Under the pieces are notes generated by a model, which searched no databases, was not told the origin of the DNA, and saw nothing but the letters and a program-made list of their open reading frames with translations. A program made the position numbers and the translations under genes. A stretch of DNA of 63,879 bases, filler included, from Reticulomyxa filosa (taxonomy: Eukaryota; Protista; Foraminifera), in NCBI GenBank assembly GCA_000512085.1. It is 8 parts of 8 records of this genome, joined end to end, with 100 filler letters (N's around TTAATTAATTAA, not from the genome) between each part and the next. Parts side by side here need not be neighbours in the genome. Positions count along the whole stretch, not along the records: positions 1 to 26,372 come from ASPP01007960.1; positions 26,473 to 27,806 come from ASPP01043822.1; positions 27,907 to 30,476 come from ASPP01027087.1; positions 30,577 to 31,940 come from ASPP01020040.1; positions 32,041 to 44,047 come from ASPP01019067.1; 3 more parts are not named here. One strand, given 5' to 3'. Of the stretch, positions 24,851 to 38,454 are shown piece by piece. Position 1 is the first letter of the stretch. Each line of letters starts with the position of its first letter.

Positions 24851-25062
24851 ATGGCAAACTTTTCGGTTGAGCAAATCCGAAGCATGACGGACGGCCAAAC
24901 CAACGTCGACAACGTTTCTGTTGCAAAGGTTGTCAAGGAAAATTGACATTAACTGATCCAACGCGGGTGATAGTACTATTGACAAACGAAAGCTAGTCCG
25001 ATTTATGGATTTCTGCTATAATAAGTAGGTACGAATGTAAATAAAGCACGTTAAGTCGACAT
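24851..25062 (+). pseudogene. EEF2: Degenerate 5' fragment of translation elongation factor 2
   Basis: MANFSVEQIRSMTDGQTNVDNVSV..GKLTLTD...VRFMD...VKST resembles eEF2 MVNFTVDQIR..NIRNMSV..HGKSTLTD..RFTD..TIKST, with frameshifts and stops. Confidence 0.7.
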
Positions 25063-26372
25063 TCGATGTGATAATAACATTGATAATGGACTGATTGTAA
25101 ATTACATTGAAGTGATGTATGCAAACTAAAGCATTATTACGTAAAGTAATTTCGGAATGATCAAATAAATATTGCTATTGACAAATTAAATGTGTAACTT
25201 GAAGTAATAATAAAAAGTGAATAATTACTATGTTTGTAATTCATTTGCAATAGTGTTTGGAATTAGAATTATTGTTTAGCAAGATTTCGGAAAATTAGAA
25301 GTATAAAAAACAAAATGTTGAAAGAAGAATATTTGCGATTGAAGCAAATAATAAAATAAATAGACTAAAAGTAATACAAGAAACAAAGTATTGTTTTCAG
25401 TTAATAAAGATTTATTATGTTTAATAGAACGTTTAGTGAAAAGTTAATAAATATTGGAAAATAATACATTTAATTATATTATATAATACAAAGATTATTT
25501 AACTTCAAATTTAAAAATATTATATTACACGAAAAATATATAATTAACTTTATAATAAGAAGCTGAACTTGATGATGAATTAAAAAGTAAAATAATCATA
25601 AATAAGTTCACAATAATATAATAATGTTAAAAAGAAACAAAGGATATATAAATATTAATATTATAATGAAAATTATTTGAATATATTAACTGTACTTCTG
25701 TTTCCACATTAAATGATATTATTTATGAATTGGTTGTATATTGAATAAATTTACTGAATAACTTGACTACTTACTTGATTGTAATTACAACGGCTGTGAC
25801 TGCGATATTAAATTGATTATCAAGAATGTTAATATGGTATTAGTATGTAATATGTGAATTTACAATAAATACAACATACTTGATATGGTTTAAATTATAG
25901 TAAGTAAAAAATTTACAATTGACTTGATGTTAGATTATTTATTTGAATCATTGTTGTATAAAAAAATAAAATAATGACATTGATGTTTATAAAAGTATTT
26001 GAATATAACTAAATATTTGGTGGTTAAGGCAGATTAGCGTGTTAATTTCATTACTCGATCGATTTTTAGTTCCCATTTGCGCAATCGTCTATGCTAATTC
26101 TCTTTTTAACGACTTAATTTCTTTTATGCTTTTCTTTTGTTTTCTGGGTTTGTTATTATTTTATTTAGGCTTCGCTTCATTTCTTTGACTATTGTTGACA
26201 GCATCAGCATATGAATATTTCTTTGATTGATTCCGCACATTAGGTTTATTGAAATGCTTTGCAAAGCATCTTTTTCTTCAATAATATAGTTTCTTTTTTA
26301 GTCAATTTAATTTAAGTTTTCTCTTGCCTTGCGAATCACTTCACATTTCACTGAATCACTTGGATTGCACAA

Positions 26373-26472
26373 NNNNNNNNNNNNNNNNNNNNNNNNNNNN
26401 NNNNNNNNNNNNNNNNTTAATTAATTAANNNNNNNNNNNNNNNNNNNNNNNNNNNNNNNNNNNNNNNNNNNN
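26373..26472. other. Artificial contig spacer (44N-TTAATTAATTAA-44N)
   Basis: Identical 100-bp six-frame-stop linker occurs 7 times in the window. Confidence 0.97.
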
Positions 26473-26802
26473 AATAACAAATGATTGTTGCTTCCACCAA
26501 TCACTGCACGTACTCCATTATAATTCTCATTTCCATATTTTTCAATGACAATTGGATATAATTTCATTACTGTCTTTGTTTTTGTCTGACGTTTTACTAC
26601 ACAGTGCCCAAATAATTTAACTTTACTTGGATACTCACAGATAAACTTGTATTCGTTTTTGAGTGTGACAAGAACAACAAGCTCTTTCGCCTCTACCCCC
26701 CCACAAATAAGGAGTTCATGTTTGTGTAGTATACATTGAGATTGATGAAGTAAAGTTCGTAACTCCTTCAAACTTTGAAAGAGTTGTGTTTCGATTACCC
26801 AT
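26473..26802 (-). pseudogene. Kelch-repeat family fragment, degenerate
   Basis: LKELRTLLHQSQCILHKHELLICGG...LFGHCVVK...GVRAVIGGSNNHLL; frameshifted from an MGN- start; truncated by the contig end. Confidence 0.6.
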
Positions 26803-27536
26803 GTTGTTAATAGTTTTAAGAAAGGGGATTTAACATGATCCTTTTGAAAAAATTACGAAACGCATTCTACTAAATTATTCGAGCAAAAACTTGGTTTTTG
26901 AAATAAAATTTAAATTGAGTTGAATTAAATTAATTAAAAATTTTCATAATTATTTCTTGAAATATTCAACTAAAATTACATAAGTAGCTTTTCCTTTGGA
27001 TTGAATTTACAAAGTTGATCATAAATAATTTTTTTTGTTGTAAGGAAGACAAATGTATAAGAAATAAAAGCTATTTTCAATCAAATATTAACATTAAATG
27101 AATAATCATAAATATGAATACTTATTTATTTTATTCAAAATACAATGTATTCTGTTTTTGAACAATGGATTGCTCTGCTTGCACAGATCTAATAAAAAAT
27201 TCACAACAAGTAAAATTATATTATCATTCTATGATCAATATTTTTTAATTTGAAGATTTTTGAATTGTAGAATTGCGGTTACTGATTATTGCAATGTCCA
27301 AACATATTACAAAATGTACATTTATATTTCTTTTCAAAATGTTTCTTATTTACATCTTAGTTCAGCTTTTCCTTTTATAAACAAAAGTTCAAGCATTTTT
27401 TTCATCTTGTATCATGAATGATTATCTCAAGAGAAAACTAAAAAAAGTTACAAAAATGAACTTAAACTTATCAACGAAAGTTAAGTCCAAATTGCCTTTT
27501 AGTTTTTATATTTATATTACTTATCGTTGTAGCTGT

Positions 27537-27806
27537 AACTGAAACAGTCAGAAGAAGAGATTCAAGTAATTATTTATCATTGGATTAGAAAATTAAACAT
27601 TAAATCAGGATGGATCAAAGACTTTGACAAATTTGTTGTCAATTATGTTAGTCCATTATCCTTTTTTTAAATAATAATCAAATATTCAAATATTTATTTA
27701 ACATATGCATCTATTGTCTTCATGTTTGACACGTTCGTTCATCATCCAAATTAATTAATACCTTCACTGGACATACAAGTATTGTGTGGAGTATTGATTA
27801 TTCAAC
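27537..27806 (+). pseudogene. WD40-repeat family N-terminal fragment
   Basis: EEEIQVIIYHWIRKLNIKSGWIKDFDKFVVNY then SSKLINTFTGHTSIVWSIDYS (GH of the first WD repeat); apparent frameshift near 27735. Confidence 0.65.
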
Positions 27807-27906
27807 NNNNNNNNNNNNNNNNNNNNNNNNNNNNNNNNNNNNNNNNNNNNTTAATTAATTAANNNNNNNNNNNNNNNNNNNNNNNNNNNNNNNNNNNNNN
27901 NNNNNN
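27807..27906. other. Artificial contig spacer
   Basis: 44N-TTAATTAATTAA-44N. Confidence 0.97.
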
Positions 27907-28205
27907 TGTGGCAATTGTGGTAGTTGCTGCTATTGTTGGATTGGGATGTGTGGTTGTTGCAATTGTGGTTGTTGTGGTGATTGTGGTGTTGTTTGTGGTC
28001 GTAGTAATGGTGGTGATAGTGATGGTGATTATGGTGGCGTTGGTACTGGTCGTAATTGTGGTTGTATTAATAATGGTGGTGATGGTGATGGTAATGATGG
28101 TGGTGTTAGTACTGGTCGTACTAATGGTGGTAATAATGGTGGTAGTGATTGCGATTGTGGCTGTTGCTGTTGCTGTTGTGGTTGTGGCTGTTGCGGTTTT
28201 GTGTC
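27907..28205 (-). repeat. Degenerate tandem repeat encoding a Pro/Gln-rich tract on the minus strand
   Basis: Plus-strand TTGTGG and TGGTGG reiteration; minus frame reads PQQPQPQQQ...LPPLLPPLVRPVLTPP. Confidence 0.65.
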
Positions 28206-29269
28206 ATTGATGACGTGATCGGCCTTGGGCCTCCATCTTGTTGCGCAGCCGATTGCTGCCTTCGTGTAGTGAGGTTCAATAGCCCTAAGTTCAACTCCAT
28301 ATCGAAGTTGGTGCTGTCGTCTATTTGGAGTCATCATGTTATTGTGTGTGTATGTTAAAAAAAACATATTGTGTACTTGGTCTTGTTTTTTTTTAAGAAA
28401 TACTTGCATAAAGGTCATGCCTTTGTTGTTGGTCATGTCTTCTTCTTTTTCTTTTTTTCCAAAATTAGCGGTTGGTTGTTCTGGATAGCGGTGCAGAAAT
28501 AGTCCTTTTTTTTAAGAAAAAGTCCCTTTGTTTCTTCCTCTTTGTTTGTTGCTTGAGTGTCTGTTTGTGTGTTTGTGTGTCTACACTGCGGACTTTTCGT
28601 TTTGCAGTCTTCTATATGCTTTCTGTCAAAAAAACAGTTGCCTCTTTTCGCAACAAGTCTTCTTAATGTTGGCTGCATAAGTAGTGCTGCATAGATGCGA
28701 AAAAAGTATCGAAAGAAATGCAGTCAATTCCTTTCATTATTGTGTTAATTGTTATTTGCAAGCCAACTGGATAAGAAATGCCGTTTTGCCTTTACCTTTT
28801 TTCTTTAGGACAGGTTTTTAAGAAAACTTCTTTTTCTGGTTGAAGTAAAAAAGACATAAAAATTGTGTGCTCGAAAGAATATTTATTTCTCAGAAATGCA
28901 AACTTTTCATCAAAAATCTAATCTTTTGCTTTTTTATACAATATTTCCACATCCAATCTCCTTGCAAATTAATTCCTGGTTTTGTTTCTCCAATTCTGAT
29001 TTCTCTTTGTATATTATTATTATTATTATTATTATTATTGAATATAACCATTGTATTTTCTTGTGTTTGTTCTTGCTCTTGTTCTTGTTTTTATTCATCA
29101 TCCCAAAACAAAAATATAAAGATAAAAAAAAATATTATAAAATAAGTTTATCGTTACCTATTCGATACTCTCCAATCCATTACTTTTGCTTTTATCCTTT
29201 TTTTAACATAAAAAAAAAACACACACACCAGTTATGATAAAACAAGATATGTTGTTATTATTGTTGTAA

Positions 29270-29470
29270 TATACCTCATTTTCGACAGATAATTGAACAA
29301 GTTCTTTTATCACCAATTCGATATTTCCATTGTTATTCATTATTTTCTGTTTCAACTCTTCTTTATTCATTGAATCACCGAATAATCGAATCAATATTTT
29401 TATTTCCTTAATATATTTTCCTTTTTCATTTGTATCATTATAGTTGTTATCTTGCATGCCTCCATTACAT
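29270..29470 (-). pseudogene. Fragment of an uncharacterised gene, probably a repeated-family relic
   Basis: Protein-like exon IKILIRLFGDSMNKEELKQKIMNNNGNIELVIKELVQ, with a downstream piece EIGETKPGINLQG near 28960-28995. Confidence 0.35.
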
Positions 29471-30476
29471 TTCACCTTTCCTATTGAAATATAGTTCAAC
29501 AACATTCCTTTGTTTCATACAATCATAAATATCAATAATAGTTTGTTATCATAACTAGTATTTTGGGAATAAACAGTAAATATTCCAAATGATCCACTAT
29601 CTACATTCCCATAATGCATCATCGAGTTTTCTACCTGTATTGCAATTACGTAGCTGTCTCTAAAAATAGTTACAAAGTGGGTGCTGTTTCACGATGGAAA
29701 TATATATGTATATAAGAACTCTCTTTAACAAAACCGCAAAATGAATTTGGTTTCTTTGAGTACCTATATATTGTGGATAACACACAAAGCAAAGCTTGTT
29801 TTGTTGTGTTTCCTCTAAGTCTACAAACAATATTGAAAGACCGCTGTATGGAATGTCCGTTGTTTTTTAAGCGTCAGAAAAGCAGAAAACACAGAATAAA
29901 GCTACTTGTTGTTGTAATGAGTTGACAAATGTACTAAAAGATGTACAGGAATAGCAGATGTCTTTATGAGGCAGCAAGAGGCAGCAAGAGGCCAAGGTTC
30001 AAAAGGGAAAAACCGTATATGAACTGGAAAAAAAAACACACCACTCTTTGAAACTGCATTATGTTTTTTTTATTTAGGAAAAAGATGTTGCGAAAATCAA
30101 ATGCACGAATAGCTCGATTATTATATTATGGCGTATTAAACTTTAACTCATACATAAAAAATTATACTAAACTGGTCCAAAAAAAAATCATCAAAACAGC
30201 TTTTGCTCTGTTTTTATGTTTATGCTTGCGTCCGAAATGCCACGTTAAAAAATGTTTTAGTTAAAGAGTTTGAAATGTATTTAGACGCATGGCTAGGTGT
30301 GGTACTGTTATAAAACTATTTTCAAACATTTTTACATTACCAAAACAATTTGCTTGCGTCAAAAATAAAACTTCTGTTTTTGCTCTTTTGAAGTTTTTTC
30401 GGAACGTTGTGGAAGGAACGTTAAAATCAAAAAATCAAATTTATATATTTATAATCTGCTCTAAAATGTTGTTTTT

Positions 30477-30576
30477 NNNNNNNNNNNNNNNNNNNNNNNN
30501 NNNNNNNNNNNNNNNNNNNNTTAATTAATTAANNNNNNNNNNNNNNNNNNNNNNNNNNNNNNNNNNNNNNNNNNNN
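30477..30576. other. Artificial contig spacer
   Basis: 44N-TTAATTAATTAA-44N. Confidence 0.97.
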
Positions 30577-31279
30577 AATTACCCTCGACAGAGTGCACAT
30601 TTTCTTTAGACAAAGGACACAGGATTTTTTAAAGTTAATTTGATGTTTTGTGCAATTCATACTTTGATTATTTTATAATTGTGAAATCAAAGAAAAAACG
30701 CTTTATGTTATCATTAATGTAAATATATATTTGTATATGATTGACGTGTTGTCTTGAAGATATGAAGCTCTTTAAGAGATTTTTTTTTTGGAAAAAAGGT
30801 TTCTGCTTGGATTTGTTGTTTATGATTGTGGTCAGTTAATAAATATGGCATAAATATTAATAATTTTACTTAAAATCTCTTAATAATGAAAATGTAAATT
30901 TTAGACAAAACTCAGAATAAGAAAAGATGTCTTTTGGTGTACAATGTTCTGAAAATAGGAATTGAAGATTATCACGTAGGGTAAGTCTCTTATGAATGGC
31001 AAGTTCTGAGTGAACTTTGATCTTCAAGTAGTTTTGGTAGATCCCTTCATGGATAAGAAAAGTTTTAGATTCTTTATCTTAGTCAGCGCATTATTTGGAG
31101 AATGGAACAAATTGACTTTGGAAATATATAATTGACAGCTAAAAAAAGATCCACTAAAATGAATCCCTATGAACATTCATGTGTTTGTTTATGGCTTTTC
31201 TTTTATGGAACCCTTTTTAAAGAGAATTGTTTAAATTTTAAGTCCATTAAATTTAAACTTTTTTAAAAAGAAGAAGTTA

Positions 31280-31570
31280 ATGCTTGGACTAGAAGAAGAC
31301 CAAGAAAAGACAAATACATTCAAAGAATGTTATGACAAAGAGTGTACGGCGTTGTTAAACGAACAAGTACCCTTAAAAAGTTTTCAATGCTTATTGTGTG
31401 AATAAATTGCATACAATGCAATTGAATTAACTTGTAATGAGCAGAAGACCATCAAGATGCTTTGGTGATTGGAAAACAATTTCTCAAACAATATTTAAAC
31501 AAACAATCAATATCCTGTTGGTAATCGCTACATTGTAATTACATAAAAAACCGAACAATAAGAAAGCAAA
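31280..31570 (+). pseudogene. Degenerate RING/TRAF-type zinc-finger N-terminus
   Basis: KECYDKE..LLNEQVPLKSFQCLLCE*IAYNAIELTC..HQDALVIGKQFLKQYL; in-frame TAA and frameshifts. Confidence 0.55.
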
Positions 31571-31616
31571 AACTTTGACAATCAAATTTTATTTAAAACG
31601 ATGTGTTAATTTGCTT

Positions 31617-31940
31617 TTAATTTTTATTTACAATTTCAAGTACATAGGCATACGCACTTGAACAATATTTCCATTGCAGGGTCTTTGGAAACTCCGCCAT
31701 TTCATTATCATAAAAATATACATTATCTAACCAATTTACAAATAACTGTTTTTCAATTTCTTGCTTTTGACCTTCCTTGCGAGCAACTTCTCGCCAGTTA
31801 TTCAGTATCCTTTTCACAATTGCTATTGGAGTCTTTTGAACAAACAAATCAAGTTGCGTTTTCAGGTCATCAGTTAATGGTAACTGGTACGCTGGTAGCA
31901 CATGTTTGTCAATAGTGTCGTCATTGGTAGTTTCTGTCTT
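31617..31940 (-). CDS. 3' fragment of hypothetical protein at contig end
   Basis: Open, protein-like frame running from the spacer to the stop at 31617. Confidence 0.4.
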   Translation of the reverse strand, partial: KTETTNDDTIDKHVLPAYQLPLTDDLKTQLDLFVQKTPIAIVKRILNNWREVARKEGQKQEIEKQLFVNWLDNVYFYDNEMAEFPKTLQWKYCSSAYAYVLEIVNKN

Positions 31941-32040
31941 NNNNNNNNNNNNNNNNNNNNNNNNNNNNNNNNNNNNNNNNNNNNTTAATTAATTAANNNN
32001 NNNNNNNNNNNNNNNNNNNNNNNNNNNNNNNNNNNNNNNN
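31941..32040. other. Artificial contig spacer
   Basis: 44N-TTAATTAATTAA-44N. Confidence 0.97.
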
Positions 32041-32547
32041 GTAATGTTTTTAGTATTTTGTTGATTTTCCTTGTGGCATTGGCTAATACTCTTTTTAAAA
32101 ATCTTTTACGACAATATTAATTTGTCTTGAAATTATAGCGTAACAATTACAATTTCAGTACTTAGTCTTTTAAAACATCTTGAAACTTCGTTTCATTGTT
32201 GGATTTCCATACACTTTTTTTTTTAAACAGTCGCTTTTTTCCAATCAAAAACGATATCGTCTGTCTGGCATGGACAAATAACAGTTCAAGAAAAAATTGA
32301 TATTTCCATAAATTCAGGACACCGTAGCTATTCATTTATTTTATTTGTAAATTTTTCTCAGATTGAGAATTAGATAAAACAAATAACATAGTTAAACAGC
32401 AAACACTATTTTTTTAGTTGTCTTAAACATGTAACTTGAAATTATGTTTAATTTTTTTGTGTCACTAAAAAATGAAAACACCTTCACAACCGAGAAGTAT
32501 TTCTTTATTTTCAATTTTCCAATTAAGATTATGTTTTGATTTTTCAA

Positions 32548-35455
32548 ATGGCCGTCGTTTCACCAGGCAAGAATGTCAAAGGTGTAATATTTTTTATTGC
32601 ATTTGAACCATAGTAGAAACAATCCAACACAAAAAAATGATGTCAAATTATTTGTATGTGTTGTATTTGTTTCATGAATCATTCCAATTAATGGTAGTTT
32701 TTTAGAGAAGACACAATAACTCAGATATGTGATTGTTCTATCTTTTCTTTTGTAAAAGAAATGAATATATGAAGTTAGTTTTGCATTGGAAACATAACAC
32801 TTTAATGAGAATGAGATATCATTCTTTGACTAGATCTTATTTCTCTGGAATGCTTTTTCCATTGGTGCATCGCTTGTTCATACCAAAGGTTAAGCAAGTA
32901 ATGAGCACGAGCGACCTTGGGTTGAACTTTTTTCTTTCATCAACACAAACCCGTTTTCACTCTTTTCATACTTTTATAAGTACAAGACTCAATCTTCAAG
33001 AGGAATTAAATAATGGATTTTTTGTAAGCCCATTTCTATTTTTTTTAATTTATTTTAACTTAGAAACACTTACACCACTCTACAGGAAAAAAAGATATTT
33101 ACCAAGTTGGCAGCCCAAAGATGAAACGACAGCGAATGGATTACAACGATCGGAAGAGCCACAAAGGTTGTCCACTCCGAATACAAGCAAAGACGACCAA
33201 ATCCTCGTTAAGTGTAATACGAGTGGTAAGAAAAATTTTGGGATCGAGGGCAGATTTCAGTCAAACTTAAACGAGTTGAAAGACATCAATGATCGTTTCA
33301 ACCACATCTTGGGATATGAATTTGGAAATCGCCAACAGCCGAATGAAAAATTGACGCAGCAGTTGATGGATGACCGAACAAAACATCAAAAGGACATCAC
33401 CCAACTGAGAAAGGCGTTCCAAGAGAAAGAGAAAAAGCACTTGGACAAAATCAGCGACTTGAAATTTGAAGTTGATTCGTTGAAACAGTTAAGATTTGTG
33501 TAATACGAAAAAAAAGAAAAAAAAAATTTTTCGTTGTTGATTGGGTGACATGTTTTGAAAATTTTGTTGGGACAAAGTAAGCATTCAAAAATTGGAATGT
33601 ATTTGTTGACATAGGGAAAAAGAAGAAGCTGCAAAAGACAACGAAGAGTTAAAGCATCAATGTGACCAATGGCGAGAAAAGCACGCGTGTTTGGCACAAA
33701 AATGCAATGACCTTCAGAGAGACTTAGACGAGGTTCGCTTGTTACAAACTATTTACTTCACATATCTTGTTTGTTTGCTATGTTGTTCTGGAAAATGTAT
33801 CATAAACATGTTTCCGAGATATGTGTTATTTTGTTTGATATGACGCGTGGGAATACTTTGTTGCAAGCCGATTTTTTGTTGGTTGGATTGCATTGTGTTG
33901 TGAATGAATGTGGGAAAAACATAAAAAAATAACAGTTGAGCAGTCAATTTGATTTGAAACAAGAAGTGCTAGAAAACAAACTTAAAGTACTTCAGAATGA
34001 ACGAGACACGCTACTTCGTTTGGAGTGTTCACAAGACGATGAGGGAAAAATGGCGTATGTCAAACAGAATTTTTTTCAAGAAATTGGAAAGGTAACCCGT
34101 TTGATACGTGTATGTTTGCTAAAAATTATTATCTGCTTTTGTTGGTTGTATTTTGATTGGGAGAACAGATACGCAAAAATACAATTGAGTATTATGAAAA
34201 CCTGCGTCGTGAATATGTGAAAAACTTGGAGGAATCTTACAAAAGCGAAGTGAACAAAATGCGGAAGGAAAAGGATGGCTTATTGAAACAATTGGAAAAT
34301 GCCAGAGATGAATTGAAGACAATGGCAAAGAGCTACACGGAGTTAGGAGAAGAGCGTCTGCAGTATTTAAAAGAAATGGAACGCGCGAAAAAGGAAAAAG
34401 ATATTGCAGTTGCATGTCTTCATTCTCGCATGCAAGAAAAGGACAAAGAGATAGAAAACGTACGACACCAGATGGATGAAATTCAAAATGCGTACAATAG
34501 ACTTTGGCTAAATTATGATCACACTGCAGGCCAAAACGTTGCATTGAATCAAGAAATTGAGGTTTGATCTTTTGTTGTTGAAAAAGCATCAAAAAATAAG
34601 CTATTCGTTGTTTGCTGTTGAAAACAGAAATTAAAAGAGCTTTGCGAGCGAATTGAACAGCAATACAATATCGAAAATCCTATGGGCTTTCGCTCTGGGA
34701 TACAAAGAATATATGAACAAAGAGGTGCTGATGAAAGCAGCTACTCAGGTGATTCGGTAACCGACCATGACAACTGTTGCCCCGGTGAAACTCTTGGTGA
34801 GGTGGCGCTTGAAACGTTTTCTCACAACAAAAACGAAATGTTCCCTTTGATCGTCAAGTCATGTCAATTTCACGGGGATTGGAAAGGTTTAGAGCTTGAA
34901 AATATTTTTCTTTAAATTTAAGAGTTGAAGGATGGCACTTAACGAATCAAAACAATAAATTGAAGATACCTCTGCCAAATCACTTTTCTCCACGTTAGTT
35001 AACAACCTGGCTCTCTTTGTGTCTTTGGACTGGATTCCTAAGTGTGATGCATGTTATACGCTGAATAAAACAGGAAGCATTATTCGAATTGGATTTGGAA
35101 AAAAGTTGAATGATTGTGATATCATTTTAAAACCAGAGATTTACAGTGACTTGAAAAAAGCACTGAAATTTGGTTACGTGACAAATTTGATAATGGTATG
35201 CTCTTGACAAGGCTACCTGAAGAAGTTTGGGAATTGGAACTGTAAGGATATTGTCGATCTCCTTCTGTTCCTTTAGTGTGTTATCTTTGTTTTTTATTTT
35301 TGCGTATAGCAACAAATGTGTAATCTTTTGGAAATTAAAGTATTGTTTTTTCTTTTTTTCTTTTCTTTGTTAATTTTTTGTGGTTGTTTGTTTTTTCATC
35401 GCAGCTGCTTGCACCATGCTGCAATACTTTTTTCGGTGACTTTTTTTCGTATTAA
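32548..35455 (+). CDS. Hypothetical multi-exon coiled-coil protein
   Basis: E/K/Q-rich heptad ORFs (33090-33500, 33936, 34157, 34682, 35019) separated by GT-AG introns; ends approximate. Confidence 0.55.
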
Positions 35456-35567
35456 AAAACTGATCAAATATAACTTGGAAATTTTCACTCTGAAAGTACT
35501 GTTACATGAATCCTTTCTATGCATTCGTACGACAAAATCTAAAATAAATAGAGTTTTAGAAAAAGAA

Positions 35568-37286
35568 ATGCTTGGACTTACTAAAGACTTACTACACAGG
35601 TTTAATTCAAATCCTATGTAGTTTAACCAACAAAAAATTTGGCAACTCAAAAAAAGGTACGAATCTGCAGAAATGAATAGCGATATACTAAATGGATTTC
35701 GCCTTCTTGGCACAGCGTGGGTTGTTATATTTCACTGCCACTTCTTCAGTGGTTTGTTTGTATTTCATCCTTCGACTCCAACCGTTCGCAGTCTCAACAA
35801 TTTTCCAGTTTTACGTGAAATGTTGATTAACCCCAGTGGTATTTTTTCCGTGCTCTTTTTTTTCCCCTGTTGAGATAATTTATTTTATTTTTTTTGGTGA
35901 ATGAAGCCGTGGACATGTTTTGGATAATGTCCGGTTACTTATGTGTAACACAAGTGGAAAAAATCGAGCGTAGCGTACGTACGTACGGATGGTACTTTGT
36001 AAATCGATTACTGCGATTGTACCCGTTGTACATCGCTACAAGTTTGTTTTTATACTTTTCGGGTCCGGAGTGTAACCACTGGTACGAACTATTACGTTCG
36101 CTGCTGTTCATGGGTCTGACATTCCGCACCAATGGTGGCATGTCTTGCGAAGGAGTAAGTTGGACCATCTCACCAGATGTACACTACTACTTGTTTATCA
36201 TGATCATGACACTATGTTTTCGCGAGTTCCAATTTTTTTTTTTTTTTTTTTTTTGAAAAAATTTTGATTAAAAAAAAAAAAATCTAACACATACATACAC
36301 ACACACGCAAAAGTTGTACCTTTCGAAAAAAGGTATTTTGGGGAGTACTTTTGTTGTCATGGATCTACACACTACACGTGTCAATATCGAAGCAGTTGAC
36401 TTATTCGCATGTGTCTACGGGCCCATCGACCGTGTTTTATGCAGAAGTGATCCTAGATGGAAAAGCGGCCGAGTGTTTCAACGAGATGACGTGGGCTAGC
36501 TTGTTGCCAAGATTGACCCAAGACGAGCAAGTGAAGAGATTGCAACTGTTCAAGAAAGGAGATGAGACGATGACATACGTATACTTTACGAGCTTGTGTC
36601 ACGGATCATCAATGTTATTAGGAGCAATATTAGGCCTGGACATCCTGCAAGTATCATCTCGCAACGCCCCAATCAATTGGAAAGATGTCATCCGTCCGAA
36701 GCATTTGGTGCTTGCCATCACAGGATTGGTAGTGCCCTTAGGATATCCTGGCATGCTTGGATTCGCATGTTGGTCGCAATACCAAGATACGCTATTGGAT
36801 TACATTTGGACGGCCAGCCTTCACAAATTATTTGCCCTTGGCTTCTATGGATGTCTATTCATCCTTTTAATCTGCCATAATCATCGCAGTCTGGTCGCGC
36901 CTTGGATCACTCGCATTTGCGATATGCTCAGCTGGCGTCTATTTGAGTGGATTCATCCGTATACGTTTGGCATTTATCAGTTCCATCACTTTGTCGTGGT
37001 GTTGCTGCTGTGGACAGGATGCCATCCCAACATGGAGTGGATCCATTTCTTGTTTGCTTCTCGTGACCCACACAGTGGACACGTCTTGTCGTGGCATCCC
37101 AAAGTCAATCAAAATGGGGAGCCCATTTATGGCTATCTTTATTTACTCATGCTTTTCTCTTTTGTCTTTGTACTTACCACCGCCTTTGCTTTTTGCACTT
37201 TTTGGCTCTTGGAGTATCCTGTCGAGTACTTTAGATACAACTTTATTCGACCAAAATATACAATTGCAAAAAAGAAACTACTTTGA
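35568..37286 (+). CDS. Acyltransferase-3 family membrane O-acyltransferase (NRF-6/OafA-like)
   Basis: ILNGFRLLGTAWVVIFH, AVDMFWIMSGYL, YFVNRLLRLYPLY, SWTISPDVHYY, YTFGIYQFH, LLEYP; C-terminal KKLL dilysine motif; 3 introns. Confidence 0.85.
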
Positions 37287-37737
37287 AAAACTTGTTTTTT
37301 TCTTCCCCCCCCCCCCTTCCCCCTTTCCTCGCTTCACCTTCTCTTCTTTGCTTGTTTGATTATTTATTTAGAAAACTTATCGTAATTGTATTTTTTTTTT
37401 TTTTTTAAACGCTTTTTTTTTTCTTCCAGTTAATTCAAACCACATTTTTTCTGTGCTTAGATGAATGTCCAAATATTCGAATATACCTTCTCTTTTGGAC
37501 TAAAAGCTTTGTGCTTCGACAAGCGTTCAAATGACGGGGTGAGCTGGTCTCGTCCCCTCAAGCAAGTACTTCACAAAATCCAAGCGCAAAATATTCATAT
37601 GTTGTCAGCATAACGGGAGAGGGGGGTCACTATTTGCAAGCTTCTTACTTAAAACGTACCTCAGGCAACAAAAGTTGCTCAAAAAAAAAAAAAAAAGGAT
37701 TGTCCATTTGAACTAAAACTATAATTGATCCAAAGAT

Positions 37738-38004
37738 ATGTCAACCACAACAGATCGGTACCACATAATGGCTCAGTTAGAGCATTTACAAAGCAAATAT
37801 GTCGGGACAGGACATTCAGATATAACAAGGCATGAGTGGTTGCAAAACCAACACCGAGACAGTTATGCATCTTACATTGGCCATCATTCACTGTTGCATT
37901 ATTTTTCAATCGCAGAAAACGAGGCTGTGGGAAGAATGCGTTATAAATTGTTGCAGAGAATGATTGCGCCATGTGGACCTCCTCCAAAACCAGATGAAGA
38001 ATAA
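37738..38004 (+). CDS. SF3B5: Splicing factor 3B subunit 5 (SF3b10)
   Basis: 88 aa: QLEHLQSKYVGTGHSD..EWLQNQHRDSYASYIGH...ENEAVGRMRY...PCGPPP. Confidence 0.97.
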   Translation: MSTTTDRYHIMAQLEHLQSKYVGTGHSDITRHEWLQNQHRDSYASYIGHHSLLHYFSIAENEAVGRMRYKLLQRMIAPCGPPPKPDEE

Positions 38005-38454
38005 GAAAAGCTATTTTTTACGCGAATTTACGTGTCCTTTTTTTAAAAAAAGGGGAAATTATCCTTTAGGACCTTTATCAGCAACTTTGATTGTTTACAA
38101 AGCATTTGATGTCTCTCGGTTAAAAAAAGCAAGTGATTCAGCAAATTAAAAATTTCAAATGGATTCAATAAATTAAAAGCTTTTGCTATCAGTTACATAT
38201 GCCACACTTACATCTTTCAATCGTAGAACGAAGCCAACCCGTCACATGTTATATTCCAATATCTCTTAATTTGAAAAAACTGCACTAATTTTTTTTGCTT
38301 CTTATACTTTCACTATGCTATTCCTTTTTTGTCAATAATTGATGTGTTCACAAAAATCTATCGATCAAAGTTACCTTAATTTGCACTCTCAAAAGGGGTC
38401 ACCATGTTGAAATAAAGAAAAAAAATTCAATTCGTCTCACGTTTGAATAAATCT

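Noticed and set aside
27908-28218. Poly-Val membrane protein or Cys/Gly-rich metallothionein-like ORF
   Set aside because: Alternate-frame translations of a simple tandem repeat.
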